Below, piece by piece: positions 63,876 through 64,000 of a DNA stretch of 64,000 nucleotides. The notes under the pieces were generated by a model. It had not been told where the DNA came from, ran no database searches, and was given only the letters and a program-made list of their open reading frames with translations. Each line of letters starts with the position of its first letter. Within the stretch, counting starts at the first letter, position 1. Source of the DNA: Candidatus Kapaibacterium sp. (lineage in GTDB: Bacteria; Bacteroidota; Ignavibacteria; Kapaibacteriales; UBA2268); contig OY762428.1 in the NCBI GenBank assembly GCA_963665665.1, positions 1,472,001-1,536,000 of the forward strand, written 5' to 3'. A program made the position numbers and the translations under genes.

Positions 63876-63904
63876 AGCTGCTCTACCAGCTGAGCTATGT
63901 TGGC
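63832..63904 (-). tRNA. tRNA-Thr(CGT)
   Basis: GCCAACATAGCTCAGCTGGTAGAGCAGCTCATTCGTAATGAGCAGGTCTGCGGTTCAAGTCCGCATGTTGGCT folds as a cloverleaf with anticodon loop TTCGTAA. CCA is not encoded. Confidence 0.95.
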
Positions 63905-64000
63905 TTTTTGCTTATGCAAAAAAGAACGTTTCCAAAAATACTCAATACCTAAATAATTTCATAAATTTTTTTTATCTTCTCACGTTGTAATTGTCAGGTA

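Overview
Bacterial chromosomal window, probably from an anaerobic or facultative Bacteroidota/Ignavibacteriota/Kapabacteria-type organism (inferred from T9SS C-terminal domains, AT-rich gene starts and a Bacteroidota-style thi operon). Bases 1-47 kb are mostly core energy metabolism: a trimeric [FeFe]-hydrogenase with non-bifurcating sequence signatures, pyruvate:ferredoxin oxidoreductase, two ferritin-family genes, an 11-subunit complex I (nuoABCDHIJKLMN, no nuoEFG), a FadF/EMO-like membrane Fe-S oxidoreductase, asnS, an RSH enzyme lacking the HD motif, and a TPP-riboswitch thiamine operon. Smaller insertions there include hicBA, rloAB and a cholesterol-dependent-cytolysin-like lipoprotein. 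The most striking unexplained signal is a family of six intact small genes plus one apparently decayed copy at 11.3-19.3 kb. All lie on the + strand, in the gaps between minus-strand redox genes. Each encodes an 18-19 aa M-x-Y-x-K-[PL]-x-[LI] leader followed by a hypervariable core with 5-6 CxxG(-like) modules. This looks like a dispersed RiPP-precursor library, and no maturase is visible in the window. Bases 47.2-63.9 kb are a ~16.4 kb decaying island integrated at tRNA-Thr(CGT). It has 137-bp att repeats, paired arm-type sites and a pseudogenised integrase beside an IS3 element. Its cargo includes a toxin-antitoxin-SecB-chaperone (TAC) module with an amber-interrupted toxin, nuclease and defence relics, and two T9SS-secreted proteins. 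All calls come from reading motifs by eye; no database searches were run.
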